DNA of 64,000 nucleotides from Hydrolagus colliei (taxonomy: Eukaryota), in contig CM068750.1 in the NCBI GenBank assembly GCA_035084275.1, forward strand, positions 12,586,001-12,650,000, written 5' to 3'. Positions 13,430 through 26,183 of this stretch are shown here, piece after piece. Made by a program: the position numbers and the translations under genes. Numbering within the stretch: the first letter of the stretch is position 1; each line of letters starts with the position of its first letter. The notes below the pieces were generated by a model, which ran no database searches, was not told the DNA's origin, and worked only from the letters and a program-made list of their open reading frames with translations.

Positions 13430-14503
13430 TTGTTCTCTAGCCCCTGCACCGTCTAGTGTGGCATTTGTCAGGGTTTGGTACTTCGTCCCTGCCTCTTCAA
13501 TATCTATCTGCTCCCCCTTGGAGCTGATAGATATCACCTGCAGACATGGAGTTAACTTCCACATGTATGCAGATGACACCCAACTCTATCTCTGTCTCCA
13601 CTGCTGAATTGACAGAGTGTCTATCAGACATCAAGTTCTGAATGAGAGCTAACCGTCTACAGATGAAATTCAACAAGATCAAGGCCCTACTGATTGGCTC
13701 CTGTCAGCAACTCCACATCTCAGACACTGACAACATGACCATCCAAGGATGCACATTACATCTCACAGTTCCAGTCTGGAACCTTGGCATCTTGCTTGAC
13801 TCTCAACTGTCCTTTCTACTCCATCTACTCCATGACCCGCTCTACCTTTCCCCAATCTCCGCTACATTGCCGGTCTTCACCGCTGTCTCACACTGCTAAT
13901 AGTCGAAACCCTCGTACATACTTTCATAACATTCAAGTTTGATTACACAAATTCCATGCTTGTCTGCCACCCCAACTCCTCCCTCCATAGGTTGCAGTTC
14001 AACTAGAATTCTGCAGCCCATGTCCCCTCCCGCATCAGGCTCACAACCTACATCACCCACATCCTCACTCGACTCTGGCTTCTCATCACACAGTGGATAC
14101 AATTCAAAATTCTGGTCCTCACTTTCAAAGCCCTACATAGACTCACCACCCTCGCCCCCCCCCCCCCCCCCTCCCCCCACATACCTCTGCTACATCCTAA
14201 ACACCTACCAATCTAACCACTTCCTTCGCTCAGTGTGCTCTAGGCTGCTTCATGCTGCCCACGAATGGCGGGTGGGACTTTAGCCACTCTGCCCCCTCTG
14301 GAACTCCATCCTCCACCTCGCCCCCTCCCTTGCCTCCTTCGAGATCCATCTCAAAACCCTCCACTTTGACTATTCTGGTCACTCTCCATCCCCACCCTTG
14401 CCCTCCACCCTCTCCTATCCCAACCCTCAGCTCAGGTCTGAAGCACTGATTGTCCAGCACCTTGGGAAGACATAGAAGGTGCTATACAAATGTAATTTTG
14501 TTG
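13430..14503 (+). mobile_element. Decayed 5'-truncated L2-clade LINE (RT C-terminal half + 3' UTR)
   Basis: RT motif HMYADDTQLY (TATGCAGATGAC 13566-13577), HITHILT/FKILVLTFKAL remnants, frameshifts, pyrimidine-rich 3' UTR and tail gctatacaaatgtaattttgttg. Confidence 0.88.
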
Positions 14504-15784
14504 CTGGCCAGTGAAAAGTAAACTGACAAATGGTCATTTATTTTTAGTATCTCTACATTCAAACTCCTTTATCACATGCTTGTAAAACAGCTGTTTTCCT
14601 TTTTTTTCTCATTGATTGCGGAGGTGACTCAACTCTGTTTTGATCCAACCTTTACACATTCACCGAGACTTCAGCTTGGCTCAGTTTGTCACTGGGTCAG
14701 AAAGTTGTGTATTCAATACTCCATGCCATGACTCGAGGTCTGAAATGACATTTCAAGATAGTCTTGAAGCTGTGATGTGGTCTTTTGAAAGAAACATTAA
14801 ACCACCGTCGGCCAATTCAGGTGAATGTTAAAGATGCTGTGGCACAATTTGAGACAGGAAGATGTCCAATATACTACTCTCACATTCAGGCCTGATCAAC
14901 TTAAATATTTCCCAGAGAGAGCACATTAAGTCTACTAGTATTTTGTGTAACTTTCTCCATCCTACATTCATCGAGTTAAGTTTATGTACTTGCTTTTTCC
15001 TACCATTCATGGTGCAGTGCGGTAAAAGGGGGGTGAATGTGGTGAGTGTTTGGGTTCAGGGAGAGAGTGGTAGGTATTTGTAGCTAAATGGTCTGTTACA
15101 TTTGTTAAGGGTGAGGTATCAATCTGTTTGTTTTTCTTAAGGGGTAAAAAGTTGTTTTAAGTATTTGGGGTTTATAGTTCTTGTATTAAATTCTGGGAGT
15201 TTTATGTTTCCAAATTGTAAAAGTGCAAAAAACGTTTTTAAAAAAACATATGGGACAGTGGAAGCATGAAAAGGAGGGAGGGGAGAGAGAGAGAAAAGGA
15301 GTTGCTGAGGTTTGGAGTCTTGGAACGAACACTTGACTCTAAAATTACTAATCCTAAAACTCTGAATCTCAGGAACTTTGAGGAAATGTGAATTTGGGGT
15401 ATTTGTTTATTCCTGGTGGTCGTAGTGTTGAGGCTCAGTAGTTAGATATCTTAGAGTATATGATCTTATACCTTGCTAAAGTTGTATTGATATAATATTA
15501 TCAATATGCTATAAATATTATGTGCATGCTTCATCAAATACAGGCACGTATAAGAAGCCTATAGGATTGAATAAAGTAAGATAGTTTTACTAATCGCCAT
15601 GTATTTTGGTGTAATTTGTGAGACTGCTCTGATGGGGGCACAAACCCCAAACACTGTAGTAATAAAGTGGGGAAGGATCGCTTCTTTCAGAGTGCACCTG
15701 GAAGGAGTGTGAAATTCTCTCCCCAAGATAAGGATCTTGTGTCAGTGTGCATCGAACCTCAGCATAAAACAATACAAAAATATT

Positions 15785-16122
15785 AATATAATAATCCTTG
15801 CATTTGATATAACGCTTTTCACGTCTTCAGTGCCTTGGGACATCCTCCTGACATGAAAGACGCTATACAAATGTAATTTTGTGGTTGTTGTTCTAGACGT
15901 CTCAAAGCACATTACAGAATATACTGTGCAGTGAATTGACTATATTTGTGGGCAAAATACAGCAGCCAACGATCCCACGAACAGTTGTGGATTGAAATGG
16001 CCATTTTTTTGGAGCGATTATCATCAAGGATCAGGCATGTGTAGTAAGGAAAGGTCTCACCCAGCTGGGAATCAAATCCAGGTATCTTGTTTGCGAGTCG
16101 AGTGCTCCAACCATTGAGCTAC
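15785..16122 (-). mobile_element. tRNA-headed Deu-domain SINE, interrupted by an L2 tail
   Basis: Matches the copy at 40940-41231 (tail aataatccttgcatttgatat, head ...aaccattgagctaca); contains a 62-bp insert at 15829-15890. Confidence 0.8.
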
Positions 16123-16126
16123 AATC

Positions 16127-16975
16127 TTCAAGGCTCTGTCCTTGATTGGTTCTGGTCATATCTCTCTCATTGCCTTCACTTTGTCTCCTCCAACGGCTTT
16201 TCCTCCAGCCCTTGCATAGTCTCATGTGGCATTCACCAGGGTTCTGTCCTTGGCCCCTGCTCTTTACCCTCTACATACTCTGACTGGCAACATCATCCAC
16301 AGACATGGGGTAAACTTCCACATGTATGTGAATGACACCCAACTCTAGCTTTTCTCTTCCACCCTCGACTCCAGGACTACTGACATTCTGACTGCGTGTC
16401 TGTCCGACATTGAATCCCGGATGAGGGACAACTTCATCCAACTAAACATCAACAAGACGGAGGCCTACATGATTGGCTTGCGTCAGCACCTCCGCACCTC
16501 ACCTCTCTCCTTGTCAGCCTGCCCAGCTCCTCCCTTCACAAGCTGCAGATTACTCAGAACTCTCCCACACTAGGCTCCATGACTATTTCTCTCCCACCCT
16601 CGCCCGTCTCCACTGGCTCCCCATCTCCCAGAGGGTTGAATTCAAGATCCTCGTCCTCACTTTCAAGGCCATTCATGGCCTTGCCTCCACCTATCTCTCC
16701 GACCTGCTGTCTCCCTATCAGCCTGCCCGTCCCCTCCGTTCAGTGGACTCTGCCCTGCTCCACATCCCTACCCGAACCACCCTAGCATTGGTGGCCGAGC
16801 TTTCAGCCTCTCTGCCTCCACATTCTGGAAGTCCATCCCGCAATCCCTTCGCCTCGCTTCCTCCCTTTCCTCCTTTAAGACCTTCCTGTTCAACCGTGCC
16901 TTCTGCTCCCATCCTAACTCTTCCCCTCTCCTACTCTCCTTCCCCCTACCCCAATGCTGTTTCTCCTGTTTTCTT
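16127..16975 (+). mobile_element. Decayed L2-clade LINE fragment, internally deleted
   Basis: Translates GIHQGSVLGP, degenerate YADD (tatgtgaatgac), LARLHWLPISQRVEFKILVLTFKAIHGLASTYLSDLL, all typical of L2 ORF2. Confidence 0.88.
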
Positions 16976-17809
16976 TTCCGTGTTTTTTTTTTAAAAAGTA
17001 TCAATTCAGCTATGTTTAAACTTTGATAATAAATTTTCTCAAATGCATTTTCTGGCAAATTATCAGAAATAAACAACTTGTGCCCATTATAGCTTTAAGG
17101 CTTGTACCAGCTATAATGAGGCTTTTTCAAATTAGATTAAAAACTAGATTAAAAAAAATTAAAAACAGACTTTTTTTTCGGCCAAAGCCCAAAACCCAAC
17201 GTGGAACTTTTCAGTCACTGCAGCATATTTCTGAAATGGACCAGAAAACTGTAACCAGAACATTTTTCAAGCCACTGAAATGATGTGCTCCACTTGAAGA
17301 CACCCTCTACAATTAACAATACATATGATAAAATGAATCTCTCCTTTATAGTATGTGAAGTTGACACGGAAATATTCTTCATCCAAGATGCCACAAGCGA
17401 ATCTTCCTTGATGAGTCACAGCTCCTGCCTTAATCATATAGTTTCTGGAAGCAATTTGAAGTCAATAGGAAATGGATGCAGCCTATTAGAGTAAGGTTCC
17501 AAGTCTGTGGAGTACTCCATGTCACGTGGCTCAAATACATCAGAATAGTTGCCATCTGAACTCTCCTTGCAGATGACAGGAAGATGTCTCGCACAGATTT
17601 AAGTCCTGATAGATGATTTTGGTAATGATCTGGAAAGCTCCTGGCATATACCTGCTTCACAGTGATTGGGCCTTTTTAAAAAAAAAAGTATTTTTTACCC
17701 AGTAATACTACATACCTACTATCAAATTCTTCACAATACCACATGTGGCTTCTACCTATATTGTGTGTGGTGTGTGTGTATATTTATTTATGTATGTGTG
17801 TGCGTATAA

Positions 17810-17993
17810 TTCCTTAAGAAATAAAAATAATTTGATCACTTCAATCCATGACTGTTTGTGGGACAGTGCTGTGTGCAATTGGCTGCTGCTGGTGTTTCAC
17901 CCACAAAGTCAATTCACTATATAGTATATTCAGTAAAGCACTTTGAGATGCTTAGAAGATGTGAAAAGTGCTATATCAAATGCAAGGATTATT
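17810..17993 (+). mobile_element. SINE 3' half (same family)
   Basis: ttcaatccatgactgtttgtgggacagtgctgtgtgcaattggctgc...gctatatcaaatgcaaggattatt. Confidence 0.8.
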
Positions 17994-18039
17994 TTATACA
18001 TATATATAATTTCCCAGTGCAACACTAATTCACCAATGA

Positions 18040-18102
18040 TAACAACAACAAAATTACATTTGCAGAGCACCTATCACATTGGGAGGACGTCCTAAGGCGC
18101 TG
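18040..18102 (-). mobile_element. L2-type 3' tail remnant
   Basis: aacaacaacaaaattacatttgcagagcacct...gggaggacgtcctaaggcgctg. Confidence 0.6.
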
Positions 18103-18979
18103 GTATACTAGTTATATACCACGCCCACCACAATTTTGTTTACTGTGGCTGCAGTAAGATCCCATGTAATCTACCCACAAAAATATTATGTGACTAGCTG
18201 AATTCATGAAGGAAGAACCAGGGTTACACACCAGGCTTAAAAACAGGATGAATTTATTGTAAGCTCAGTCGCAAGACTGTTCATTTGTTCACACCATCGA
18301 GTTCTATAGAAAGTATTCACTCACAAGTAGAAATACATATATCACATGAACTTAATGAGTTCTCATTGGGCTCCCTCCTGTCAACTCAGTCACTTCTTCA
18401 ACCGAATCATTTGTGTTATAATTGAGGAGGAACTGATTTCCACTCCTGACAACTGCTCATGTCTTCTGGAGAAGGTCAGTGTATTAGGTGAACAATTCTG
18501 GACAAACATTTGTAGAGTTAATGAGTGGGGAATTTAGGGAGTAAAATAATGCAACCTGTACTACTGTTGCCTTCCACTGAACTACTCTTGCAACATCTTG
18601 CACTCAAAACAGCACTTCCCAAACCACAATGGCAGTTGGCCGCTTTCAACAATGTCACTCAGAATGGGCAGCATTCCATCAAAGTGGCAGGAGAGGAGGA
18701 ACGGCTTCAGGCAACATTCCATTAAATTATTTCATACCTCTAATAACTTTCAAAGCTTCATGCCTTTCATGAGAAAAAAAATCTTATACAGGTATTTGTT
18801 TCATGACACTATTTTGAGGGTTAGCCAAGTGTTTGAAACATGGGGAAACCTATCACCCTGCTTTACCAAGCTGAGAGGGTTTGGATATCCTTATGCATTT
18901 ATGCATGCAAATTTCATCTATCAATTTGTTTCTTTTTTGTCGCCTACAATGTATATGACCTAAACATTTTGTATGCAAG

Positions 18980-19715
18980 TGGCCTCGGTCCTCAATTGTC
19001 CTTTCTTCTGCATATCCATGGCAAGACCAGTACTGCCTTTCATCACCTCCGCAACATTGCCGGACTCCGCCACTGTGTCACCTCTCAGGCTGCCGAAACC
19101 CTCATACATACATTTGTCACCTCAAGGCTCAACTATGGAAACTCCCTCTTTGTCGACCTCCCCAACTCTTCCCTCCACAAGCTGCAGATCATGTAAAACT
19201 CTGCAGTTTGAGTCCTCTCCTGCACCAGGCCCCATGACCACATCACTCCTACCCTCCAGTGGCTCCCCATCCCTCAGAGGATCTAATTCAAAATTATTTG
19301 TGCTCACTTTCAAGGGCCTTCATGGCCTTGCCCTCTCCTACCTCTCTGACCTGCTGACCCCCTATCCACCTGTCCGCTCCCTCTGTTCATTAGACACCAG
19401 CCAGTTTTTTGTCTCCCATCCGACCTGCTCTGCTATCAGCAGCCAGGCTTTCTGCCTCTCTGCACCCACCCTTTGGAACTCCATCTGATAATCCCTTCAC
19501 CTTGCTCCCTCCTTCAAAGTCTGACTCAAGACCCTCCTTTTTGATCTTCAGCCACAGTCCTCCCTCTCTGCCCACCCTCATCCCTACCCTGCCTGCCCAC
19601 CCCACCCCACCCCACTCCCCACTACCATGCTCGGGATCTGACCCCTGACTGTTCAGCACTTTGGGATGATCTCCCAACGTGAAAGATGCTCTACAAATAT
19701 AATTTGTTGTTGTTA
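18980..19715 (+). mobile_element. Decayed L2-clade LINE 3' end
   Basis: AFHHLRNIA...AETLIHTFVTSRLNYGNSL, LTFKGLHGLALSYLSDLL...APTLWNSI, followed by 3' UTR and (GTT)n tail. Confidence 0.88.
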
Positions 19716-20334
19716 GACATCCTGGCCCATTGTGTAATCAAGCTTTATTGACCCAATGAGAGTGTGTGTAATTTTGGGGGGGTGAGTTTCCCCTCACAGT
19801 AGAATCTCTGTGGAAGAGATTGACATGTCTGATTTTTTGAGATGACACAAAGCACATCATAAGGAGATGAAGCCAAGGAGCTTGAATTCTGAAAGGAACT
19901 GCTCCTGCTCCAAAGCTGAGAACTGTCTGTTTTCAGAACAGGATATTCCAGATCTGGGAAGCGCCTCCTCCTTTCACGGTTGCTAGGTGCTGTGACATTG
20001 TTGAGCTCCCTAACTACACTGTCCTGATGTACATTCGCTTTGGAGCCAGTGTTTCAGCTCTTTGTCTTACAGTGAAGCTGATGCAACACAATACCATCTC
20101 TTGAGCACTCTGCCTCCATGAAAGTAACGCAGTTGGAAGTTGTATAGAACTGGGCATCTGAACACAGGGATTTGTTTTAACTGATAATCATACTAGAATT
20201 ATTCTGATAGAAAATTCCTAATGCAGTATGGCATTGGCATTAATTCCAAAGTACAATGATGAGGATTGTAATTTCTGCCACTGATATAAAACCTTTCAAG
20301 TTGGAGGACTACTCAAAGCATTCACTGGATCCAC

Positions 20335-20430
20335 TGTAAAGTGCAGTGACTACATTTTGTAGGTGAAAGTGGCCGCCAATTTGCACGTAGTAATGCTCCA
20401 CAAACAGCCATAATTGAATGACTAATTCAA
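20335..20430 (-). mobile_element. Old DeuSINE 3' remnant
   Basis: gtggccgccaatttgcacgtag...ccacaaacagc...aatgac, homologous to the SINE body seen elsewhere in the window. Confidence 0.5.
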
Positions 20431-23400
20431 ACATGTGTTGTCCTACATTTCTCCAAAACAAATTTGATAGTTCTTTTGTTAATACATGGTGGTAGGAGAT
20501 GTTATTGCTAGGCAATGGAACATGTTTCCCATTTCAGATGGCTAGTAATAACACCAGTCACTCCAGGTAAAGTATATTATAGCTAGATGGAAAATATAAC
20601 GTTGGTATTGCTGGTGTATATATAGTATTGGTATCACTGTAAATGCCTATGCCAGTTTGGGTGCCACAGTTTGTTGAATGAAATCTCATCAGCCAAATTA
20701 CCATCAAGAACTGAGTTGTAACCAGTATGAACTAGTATAACCATACCAGTAACTTGTCTCTGTTCGGATGGCCTGAGTACACACCGAGTGCCAGTAACAT
20801 AGGAAGCTCGAACACACCAATGTTGTATTATGTGGTGAGGGTGAATCTTATTCGTCCAAGGCCACCAATGCAAATAAATCTGAGCACACAACAGAAATCC
20901 ATAGGCAATGTCCCAATAAGAATTCAAATCAACAACAATATTACATTTGTGTAGCTCATGCCGGATAAGTATAGGCAACAGTTAACGTTTACGTGAGGTA
21001 ATGCAACTACATTGTTACGTTTAGAATTTCCGTTAAAACGGGTCATATTAATTATAGTTTTCGAAAGTTTGTTCTCTGCGGTTGCAGTAATCTCATAGCT
21101 TTGAGTTATCATAAAAACTGATTTATTGTCAGCCTTCTGATTCACAGAAATTGCAGTTCAAAAAGAAGTGTTATGTGACATAGCCTTCCTTTAAAACCTG
21201 CTGTCACTGGCTCTGTACAGTATATGGGAGTAATGCGTTCTCTGCTTTACCCAATCCATTCATTGAGAGCGATCTAAAGACTGGGTGCATCGTTTCTTTC
21301 AGGTTGTGGATTCGTTTTGCATTTCAATACCATTTGCATCGACGTGGACATTCAGTAAGAAGCGACAGAATTTGACCATTAAATTCCAAGTTTTATTGTG
21401 TGTGTATCTAAATCAATTCCCAGTACTGTTTGCTTTGGACTTACTGGCTTTTGGCAATGCGCCAGGCAGACAGAAACAGCTTCTTTGGGAGGGGGTGGGG
21501 GGACACCGGGCACAGATAAGATCACGATGCTCTTTAATTAGACGGTCAAGTCTCCACGGGAGATTACTTCCCATATATACAGTTAATGTCTGTTGTCAAA
21601 GCGTTTGCTTGTATCTTCAGCAGAGTCATTTTCATGATGCATACACGAGCTTGCAGGTTACTCCTGTTTTAAAAGTGTGGTGCACGATATATTTATATGA
21701 CTTTGCTGCATTACGGTTCCCATTTTTGTTTTGCTTTGATTGTTTATATGTATTGACTTCTGTCGTTAATAAAAACACTAACCGCCAAACGCTGTACTTG
21801 GAAATGCATCTGAACAAGCAAACTCTTAGATTTCCGATCTTAATTGTTAGGCAACAAATGCAATGCAGTACTGTCATCTTCCATTTAATCTCTTCTAAAT
21901 TTAAATACTTATTTATTCATTTAACATTTCTTTCAGCTTATGTTTCCGGATCAATTTTTTGCTGAATGCCTCTGAGTTGTGTTGTTTGATGAATCGGACT
22001 GAGGATAACTTGGTATCAATGTATCTTACTTGTCGATTCTAAAGTTTGACTTTATTACCTAATAAACTTATACGAGATTTGTTAAACAACCCGAGAAGTA
22101 CGTGTATGAAGACTATTGCTGAATATTTCTGTCACCCAAATACTTGAATGATTATTTTTCAAAATGGAACTTGTAATTCAGTTACAAAAAGTCTTATGTA
22201 AAATTGGCTGCATAATCTCTAGATTGATTATCATAGAAATGTGTGCATTTGATAAATTTCGTGTATGTTTGATAAAAATTACCTTTAAACTCATGAGTTT
22301 TTTTGGTTTAAAAATGTCTCAAAGTTACACTACCCCAGCCCCTTGCATTACAATAGTTTACCGAATTATAGGCAGGAAATCATATACTGTAATGATATAG
22401 CGAAAATTTCGCAACGTTTAGCGGTACACTTCAAATTTATCCATTATGATATTTAGTTGACAGACGCTTACATTATTTAACTGCAACAGTTATTTATATT
22501 TGAGAAAATAGGCAAATAATTTAGTTTGGATTTTTACACCAAGTAAAGTTGTGGCTTTTACAATATTTAACTGGTATACATTTTGACATGAGTTTAAAAA
22601 AATTGATTGACAAGGCTATATTTGGATATACAAAATAACCTAACATTAGCCATGTGTAAATGAATAATAAATTTAAAAAACTTTTTTTAAAGGAAGGAAG
22701 GACTACGATCTCAACTTGGAAATGGAACAATTAATTATGCATTGGAATGGAATGAAATATGTAATCTGTAAAATGTAAGGATTCCTAAAGTAACCTTAAT
22801 TGTTGGTGATTATGCCTACCCATTATCGAACCTACGAAATAATATTTATTTAAAATGCACTTTAATCCATTTGCTATCAAAGTATCTCCAGGTCGTAAAA
22901 TATTCATGCGCCCACCATTAGCTGAAATCTGTTAGAAGTGAGAGCAAATATTTGATGCTGAAGTGCCCTTAAGCGTATAAGTGCATCTGTTTACTTATTT
23001 CTGCACATGGTTGTAGTCTCTAGATTTTAAATAGATTAAGGGGTCTACAAGAGGTCATTGAAGCTGTGAATTTCTTCCACCGTGCATGGCTTTTCTTCCT
23101 GAAAAGTAGTACACTTTCTTTTAACTATTCCTGGTAAATTTAGCCAACAACATATTTAAGGTACTGTTTTGCACCCTGTAATTTAAGAAAAAAAATTAAC
23201 AGGTAAATTAAGAAGCGGAGTTAAGAGCATTTTGTTTATTGCTTCTGAAAAACAATGAACACAGTGGGCATTCCTTCATTTTCTCATCACCAGAGAGTTG
23301 GGCTTGTGGTAAACGATATTCATAATTTTTACGCTTTTCTTCCTTTAAAATTTGTTTTAATTTTATTTAGTTCCAATGTTAATCTACATATTGCTAACTT

Positions 23401-23859
23401 GAAAGTCAATGGTGTAGAATAACAATTGTGCAATAAGCATGATTCATATTTCATTCAGTTGATCTACCAGCAATAAAGTAGCTGAATAGTGACCTGTTAG
23501 AATAACGATAACCTTTTGAACTTGGCAATTGGTTTTCAAACAATAATTTATATATTGCACCTAATGATTATTGGTATTTAATACCATGTCTACAGTTGGA
23601 AGCAAATTCTGAAATCTTTGACCTTTTCAAATCTAGAAAATTGCATTACATTTACTGTATTACATTTGGGGGGGGGATGGAAAATATTGAATCTGTTGTG
23701 GACACAATAACTCTTTTTTTGCGTAAGACTGAATAACCCTTCGATATTGCATTTAAGAAATCCTATTTGATTAGAAAATATATAACCAATAACTTGTTAT
23801 GCACTTGGCTGCATTGGACGTGAAGCGGAGTCGATAGCAGGCCAAATCCCCTTTAATGC

Positions 23860-24130
23860 CATTGAAAACCATGACAACAAGGAACAAACTCGGATTTATC
23901 CCAAAAAGTTAAAGCACATTGTGGGCGAAGGCGTCAATCATCTATTATTTCATGACTGAACAAATGCAAAATCTTGACTGGAACAAATGCTTCCAACAGG
24001 TCCAGGACGTTGGTCTACATTTCCTCTTTTGTTTGCAGCCTAGCAGTTGGCATGTATTTGTGTTCTCCCAGCATCGACCACCCAGCTTGTTGTGAGGAAG
24101 TTTGTGGAGCATGCAGCACTGTCACACAGG
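23860..24130. promoter_or_regulatory. Candidate Shh/GLI-responsive enhancer of NKX2-8
   Basis: Perfect GLI consensus GACCACCCA 24076-24084, FOX-type TGTTTGC 24030-24036, SOX-type CATTGT 23917-23922, about 1.2 kb upstream of the NKX2-8 ATG. Nkx2-9 is an established direct GLI target. Confidence 0.65.
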
Positions 24131-24810
24131 CACGCTTGATAGGTGGCACCAATAGACATGGCATGGGAATCTTTGCATGAAGATTACCTACAGACGTTTG
24201 CAGAAAAAAAAGGTCAGATTTAAAAATAAAGTAGTGCCATGTTTCCAAGGGACATCCATAAATAATTAGTACACGATTTCAGTCTGTTGGTAAATTCACG
24301 AAGCAATGCCAAAGGTCTCAAACAAACAATTGCAAAAGTATTCTGATAAAACGTTTAAATCACAGTTTTCTTATCGACGGTATAATTTACAACAGTGCAT
24401 CAAAGTAATTAACGTCCAGGGAATAAAACGGAACGGATAAGTCCCAGCGAAACCCATGTCTTTTTTTTGTAGCTTTCTGTTCTGGTGGTCAGTTCACTGT
24501 CTTAGAACAAACTATCACAGGATTCCCTCGTAAACGTTGGCTGCAAATAGATACTTCCCACCCACTGTAACTGTGCAACTGCTGTCATTAGAATTAATTG
24601 GAGGAACAAAACCTATTTACAGTACAAGTTTTACAAAGAGAGTTTGACACAGATGAACTTCTAACGTTTTTGCAATTAAAGACAACCTGCGGCAAGAGCA
24701 GCCTGTATGTAACCATTTACATTGAATAATCTATCCGCAGCACAGTGATTAGCAAATGAATAATAAATTAAACGACAGAAACCTGCCACTGCTTCTTTAC
24801 TTTGTATGAC

Positions 24811-24882
24811 GGGGTGGGGGGGGGGGAGGTGGGGGGGGGGGGGGGGGGGGGGGAGGTGGGGGGGGGGGGGGGGGGGGGAGGG
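24811..24882 (+). repeat. 72-bp poly-G tract with GAGGT interruptions
   Basis: Direct reading: long G runs separated by aggt. Confidence 0.9.
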
Positions 24883-25313
24883 CTGTGGTCACCACTAACC
24901 ACCCAAGATGTAATTCACTAATTCACTAACACAATTACCATTATCTGTTCGCCACTTTCTTTGCTAATCAGACAGAATATGTAATGATAAAGGCTGTTTC
25001 CTGCTGTCATTGGGAAGTACCGGGTTATTTTGTGGTGAGGTTACCCCTACTCACATTAATGCCTTGGCACTTGACTGATGCAGGTACTTAGTGTCCTGTG
25101 GTCAGACACGATCTGAAAGTTGCGAGTGTTTGCGGTGGAAAGGACTGTCTGTATAAACATTGGGGGCTCTCTGTTAAAGACACTAATATTTCGGTATTAT
25201 CTAACAGCGAGAATACTTTTTTTTTCACACATGAAAAAATCGGTATTCACGTTATTCATCGAGTAACTGGTCACTTTTTCCACCCTGGAGAAATTCACCG
25301 AGGGTCTGATAAC
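24883..25313 (+). promoter_or_regulatory. NKX2-8 proximal promoter/5' UTR
   Basis: TATAAA 25152-25157, NK2 site CACTTGA 25068-25074, GLI-like AACCACCCA 24897-24905, several TAAT cores, directly upstream of the ATG. Confidence 0.55.
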
Positions 25314-25527
25314 ATGTCGATAATTAAGACAAGTTTTACAGTAAGGAGCATTTTAGACTTACCCGATCAACGCGAAGTGGATCGTCTGTCTATCAGTCGG
25401 CAATGCAGTCGTGGAGATGAGAAAGCGATTCAACCCTCTGCCATTAAACAAGAAGAAGTGGACCATCATTCGCATCGCAACCCTCTGAAATCGTCTTATC
25501 CGGGGTGGCTTGACTCTGACCGAATGT
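25314..25527 (+). CDS. NKX2-8: NK2 homeobox 8 (Nkx2.9 ortholog), coding exon 1
   Basis: ATG 25314 gives MSIIKTSFTVRSILDLPDQ, an NKX2-8-type TN/eh1 motif (SFTVRSILDLP). Ends at a canonical donor T|GTAAGT (intron starts 25528), phase 1. Confidence 0.9.
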
Positions 25528-25641
25528 GTAAGTAACCCAGCTCCATCCTTATCTTCACACTGAGATCCGCCGCTCCGGCCACCGCAGTCAAACCATTATA
25601 AGGTAACCTTAAGAAATATAAACCTTTTGTTTTTCTTGCAG

Positions 25642-26183
25642 CATCGGACGAAAGCAGCACAGACATGGTTCCTGCCGATTGCATCCCGAGGAGAGATCCC
25701 GCCTTCCTCACTGGGAACGAGAAGAAGAAGAAACGACGAGTTTTGTTCTCTAAGGCACAGACCTTTGAGCTGGAGCGACGATTCCGACAGCAACGATACC
25801 TGTCAGCGCCTGAACGCGAACACCTCGCCCATATGTTGAGCCTGACCCCGACCCAGGTGAAGATCTGGTTCCAGAACCACAGGTATAAGATAAAGAGAGC
25901 CCGACTGGACGGTACCCTGGAGAGAGACGCCAACCAGTCTTCACTCGTCCGCAGAGTGGCTGTGCCGGTGCTGATCAGAGATGGGAAACCTTGTCACACT
26001 TGCTCCATTACCTCCCTAAAACTCCAGGACAAGCCAAGCAGCACTGTCCAACCCAGTAGTTCTTACGCAGCTTTTACACTCCACGGTTTTCAACACATAC
26101 AACACACTGCACCATTTGGCATCTTCCCTGGCTACCAGCACTTAACGCATCCTGCAATGCAAAGACAGCAATGGAACTGGTGA
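25642..26183 (+). CDS. NKX2-8: NK2 homeobox 8, coding exon 2 (homeodomain + NK2-specific domain)
   Basis: Acceptor ttttgtttttcttgcag| ends 25641 (114-bp intron). Phase-1 join reads S-SDESST. Homeodomain [32 protein letters not shown]...[13 protein letters not shown] with Tyr54, NK2-[18 protein letters not shown]-terminal WNW as in NKX2-8. Spliced CDS 756 nt = 251 aa. Linkage to NKX2-1 favours NKX2-8 over NKX2-2. Confidence 0.93.

Noticed and set aside
13343-19677. Pro/Ser-rich ORFs as host genes
   Set aside because: They are frames and antisense frames of decayed L2 elements and poly-C tracts.
21285-21965. 226-aa ORF as a novel gene
   Set aside because: Starts at GTG, composition rich in L/F/C as expected for random AT-rich DNA, and no recognisable domain or splice context.
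25098-25313. N-terminal extension of NKX2-8 suggested by the ORF track
   Set aside because: Begins at GTG upstream of the TATA-like box; homology starts at ATG 25314.
25496-25944. Antisense ORFs over NKX2-8
   Set aside because: Shadow frames of a GC-rich homeobox exon.
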